64,000 bases of DNA, taken from the sequence record PQ303785.1; one strand, 5' to 3'. The position numbers and the translations under genes are program-made. Within the stretch, counting starts at the first letter, position 1. Each line of letters opens with the position of its first letter. This document shows, piece after piece, positions 61,162 to 64,000 of this stretch. The DNA is from Escherichia phage LYE-01. The notes below the pieces were generated by a model, which was given only the letters and a program-made list of their open reading frames with translations, was not told the DNA's origin and ran no database searches.

Positions 61162-61785
61162 ATGATTATTAATCTTGCAGATGTTGAACAGTTATCTATA
61201 AAAGCTGAAAGCGTTGATTTTCAATATGATATGTATAAAAAGGTCTGTGAAAAATTTACTGACTTTGAGCAGTCAGTTCTTTGGCAATGTATGGAAGCCA
61301 AAAAGAATGAAGCTCTTCATCGGCAGTTGAATAAAATCGTTAAAAAGCATTTAACTGAATCACCTTATCAGTTATATCGTGGTATATCAAAATCGACAAA
61401 AGAACTCATTAAAGATTTACAAGTTGGAGAAGTGTTTTCAACGAACAGAGTAGATTCATTTACTACTAGTTTGCATACAGCGTGTTCTTTTTCTTATGCT
61501 GAATATTTCACTGAAATAGTACTTCGCTTAAAAACTGATAAAGCTTTTAATTACTCTGACCATATCAGCGATATTATACTTTCTTCTCCTAATACTGAGT
61601 TTAAGTATACATATGAAGATACTGATGGATTAGATTCAGAACGTACTGATAACTTAATGATGATTGTGCGTGAACAAGAATGGATGATTCCAATTGGAAA
61701 GTATAAAATAACTTCTATTTCAAAAGAAAAATTACACGATTCATTTGGAACATTTAAAGTGTATGATATTGAGGTAGTTGAATGA
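61162..61785 (+). CDS. modB: ADP-ribosyltransferase ModB
   Basis: 207 aa from ATG at 61162; modB-modA-srd-dda synteny; T4 ModB is 207 aa. Confidence 0.75.
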   Translation: MIINLADVEQLSIKAESVDFQYDMYKKVCEKFTDFEQSVLWQCMEAKKNEALHRQLNKIVKKHLTESPYQLYRGISKSTKELIKDLQVGEVFSTNRVDSFTTSLHTACSFSYAEYFTEIVLRLKTDKAFNYSDHISDIILSSPNTEFKYTYEDTDGLDSERTDNLMMIVREQEWMIPIGKYKITSISKEKLHDSFGTFKVYDIEVVE

Positions 61786-62384
61786 AATATTCAGCAATGC
61801 AATTAAAAGATTTTAAAATCAAATCAATGAATGCATCGGTGCGTGCTTCTATTCGTGAAGAATTACTTTCTGAAGGATTTAATTTATCTGAAATTGAACT
61901 TTTAATTCATTGTATTACTAATAAGCCAGACGATCATTCTTGGTTAAATGAAATAATCAAATCTCGTTTGGTTCCAAACGATAAACCTCTTTGGAGAGGT
62001 GTTCCAGTTGAGACTAAACAGGTGTTAAATCAAGGAATTGATATTATTACATTTGATAAAGTAGTATCAGCTTCATATGATAAAAATATAGCTCTGCATT
62101 TTGCTTCTGGATTAGAATACAACACACAAGTTATTTTTGAATTCAAAGCTCCTATGGTATTTAATTTTCAGGAGTATGCTATAAAAGCTCTACGTTGTAA
62201 AGAATATAGTCCGAGTTTTAAGTTTCCGGATAGCCATCGCTATCGTAATATGGAATTAGTTTCAGATGAACAAGAAGTAATGATACCAGCTGGAAGTGTA
62301 TTTAGAATTGCAGATAGATATGAGTATAAAAAGCATTCAACATACACTATCTATACTCTTGACTTTGAAGGATTTAATCTATAA
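61782..62384 (+). CDS. modA: ADP-ribosyltransferase ModA
   Basis: 200 aa, the T4 ModA length; paralogous to the preceding ORF. Confidence 0.75.
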   Translation: MKYSAMQLKDFKIKSMNASVRASIREELLSEGFNLSEIELLIHCITNKPDDHSWLNEIIKSRLVPNDKPLWRGVPVETKQVLNQGIDIITFDKVVSASYDKNIALHFASGLEYNTQVIFEFKAPMVFNFQEYAIKALRCKEYSPSFKFPDSHRYRNMELVSDEQEVMIPAGSVFRIADRYEYKKHSTYTIYTLDFEGFNL

Positions 62385-62440
62385 TGGAAGGACTTAGATT
62401 CATTATACCATGAAAGTTTTAAAGCATTTTTCATAAAGTT

Positions 62441-62470
62441 GTTTACAAGCTGAAGTAAAAATGATATAGT
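62441..62470 (+). promoter_or_regulatory. T4-type early promoter
   Basis: GTTTAC, 18 nt, TATAGT. Confidence 0.55.
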
Positions 62471-62499
62471 ATAAGTAGTTAACCGTCCGTGAGAAAAAT

Positions 62500-63246
62500 A
62501 TGAAACTGTCTAAAAATCAAATTCGTAAAATTACACGTCGTTTAGAGCATACTCAGGCATCAGCTAAAAGACGTTCTAAAGATTTTAACTTAGACTTCAA
62601 TTACATTAAGAATATTTTAGATCAAAAAGTTTGTGCCTATTCAGGAGAACCTTTTGATAATCGTATTGAAGGAGAGAAATTATCATTAGAACGTTTTGAT
62701 AATAACATTGGATACATTAAAGGGAATGTTATTGCAGTAAAGAAAAAGTATAATACATTTCGTTCTGATTATACTTTAGAAGAGTTGATTGAAAAGCGTG
62801 ATTTATTTGCTTTGCGAATTGGTCGTTCATCTGCGAAAAAAGTTCATAAACTAAATTTAGATGAAAAGAAATGGGCTAAAATCAAAAAGACTTATAATCA
62901 AATTAAAGCTATACAGAAGAAACGTGAAAACCGAATTGAGCACATTTCTCAGCTTTCTAAATCAAAACAAACTTCTGACGTTAAGCTAACGATTATAGCA
63001 CTTAAAGCTCGTATTGATGGTTCTCGTATAGCAGAAGGCGCTGAAGTTGTTAAATTAAACGTTCTTCTTAAAGGCTCAGATTGGAAAACCGTGAAAAAGT
63101 TGTCAGAAGCAGAAATGCAATATGATATGTGTGATAAAATTATTCAAGGTGTAGAGCGGTATCAAAACTTGTCTTTTATTGATAAACTTAAACTGAAAAG
63201 AGGATACCCGCTAAATTGTTCAATTTTTAAACTTATCCGAGGATAA
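62500..63246 (+). CDS. srd: Srd-like protein (anti-sigma / RNase E modulator)
   Basis: 248-aa basic protein between modA and dda. Confidence 0.6.
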   Translation: MKLSKNQIRKITRRLEHTQASAKRRSKDFNLDFNYIKNILDQKVCAYSGEPFDNRIEGEKLSLERFDNNIGYIKGNVIAVKKKYNTFRSDYTLEELIEKRDLFALRIGRSSAKKVHKLNLDEKKWAKIKKTYNQIKAIQKKRENRIEHISQLSKSKQTSDVKLTIIALKARIDGSRIAEGAEVVKLNVLLKGSDWKTVKKLSEAEMQYDMCDKIIQGVERYQNLSFIDKLKLKRGYPLNCSIFKLIRG

Positions 63247-63247
63247 T

Positions 63248-63559
63248 ATGTTTTATGTATATGCGATAGTGTATAGAGATAAAGATGGATTTGCGGTGCC
63301 TGTTCCTCTTGATGAACATCGCCCTGCTGTATTTTTTGAAAGGGAGATTGCTGATAAAGTATTTACAACTCTTAAAGATCAGTATCAACTAGCTTTAGGT
63401 ATGGGAATTCCGAGATTAGTTGAGACTCCACGCAAGTTTTGGTTTAATAAAATAGAAGTTAAACATGTTAAGCCTGATGTAGACACGCAAAGATTATATA
63501 GGCGAATTTTAGATACTGGGCGTATTGTTAGTATACCAATTGCAGGGAATTTACGATGA
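63248..63559 (+). CDS. hypothetical protein (dda.1 position)
   Basis: 103 aa; stop overlaps the dda start. Confidence 0.5.
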   Translation: MFYVYAIVYRDKDGFAVPVPLDEHRPAVFFEREIADKVFTTLKDQYQLALGMGIPRLVETPRKFWFNKIEVKHVKPDVDTQRLYRRILDTGRIVSIPIAGNLR

Positions 63560-64000
63560 CATTTGATGATTTGACAGAAGGCCAGAAAAATGCCTTTAAC
63601 ATCGTTATGAGGGCTATTAAAGAAAAGAAACATCATGTAACTATTAATGGACCTGCTGGTACTGGTAAGACTACTCTTACTAAGTTCATCATTGAAGCTT
63701 TAATATCTACAGGCGAAACTGGAATTATTTTAGCAGCTCCTACACATGCAGCTAAAAAGATTCTTTCAAAACTATCAGGGAAAGAAGCGAGTACTATTCA
63801 CAGTATTCTTAAAATTAACCCAGTAACATACGAAGAAAACGTTCTTTTTGAACAAAAAGAAGTACCGGATTTAGCTAAATGCAGAGTATTAATCTGCGAC
63901 GAAGTATCAATGTATGATAGAAAGCTATTTAAAATTCTGCTTTCAACTATTCCACCTTGGTGTACTATAATTGGAATAGGCGATAATAAGCAAATTAGAC
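63556..64000 (+). CDS. dda: Dda DNA helicase, N-terminal part (truncated by window end)
   Basis: MTFDDLTEGQKNAFNIVMRAIKEKKHHVTINGPAGTGKTTL... with Walker A and Walker B (LICDEVSM); no stop before position 64000. Confidence 0.9.
   Translation, partial: MTFDDLTEGQKNAFNIVMRAIKEKKHHVTINGPAGTGKTTLTKFIIEALISTGETGIILAAPTHAAKKILSKLSGKEASTIHSILKINPVTYEENVLFEQKEVPDLAKCRVLICDEVSMYDRKLFKILLSTIPPWCTIIGIGDNKQIR

Overview
This 64-kb window is from a T4-like (Tequatrovirus) coliphage that looks closer to T2/T6 than to T4, read in reverse orientation relative to the usual T4 map, running from gene 4 to the start of dda. Evidence for that placement: the lysozyme differs from my recollection of T4 e at about three residues, no DenV-like ORF is present, and a GT-A-type glycosyltransferase sits where T4 has bgt. 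Every convincing gene is on the + strand except one small membrane ORF at 56410..56610. Recognisable core genes are 4, 2, 3, 1, 57A, 57B (Acb1), e, ipIII, ipII, regB, tk, rI, nrdC, 49, nrdD, nrdG, nrdH, 55, agt, 47, 46, rpbA, 45, 44, 62, regA, 43, imm, 42, uvsX, 40, 41, dmd, sp, 61, dam, 56, soc, modB, modA, srd and dda, plus a 10-tRNA array. Between them are hyperplastic stretches of small ORFs, each preceded by a T4-type early promoter (GTTTAC, 17-18 nt, TAtAaT) and often followed by a UUCG-tetraloop hairpin. The most unusual locus is a module between primase 61 and dam: a convergent minus-strand membrane ORF, a perfect 8-2-8 palindrome in a divergent promoter region, and a PD-(D/E)xK nuclease-like ORF whose stop overlaps the dam start. 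Other candidates are a nucleotidyltransferase plus AAA+ ATPase pair, a macro-domain protein, seven proteins with capsid-targeting leaders, two homing-endonuclease insertions, and three tandem proteins with coiled-coil C-termini. Nothing here was checked against a database; all calls rest on motifs read from the translations and on remembered T4 biology, tRNA and promoter coordinates are hand-counted (about +/-2 nt), and I cannot establish novelty relative to T2/T6 annotations.
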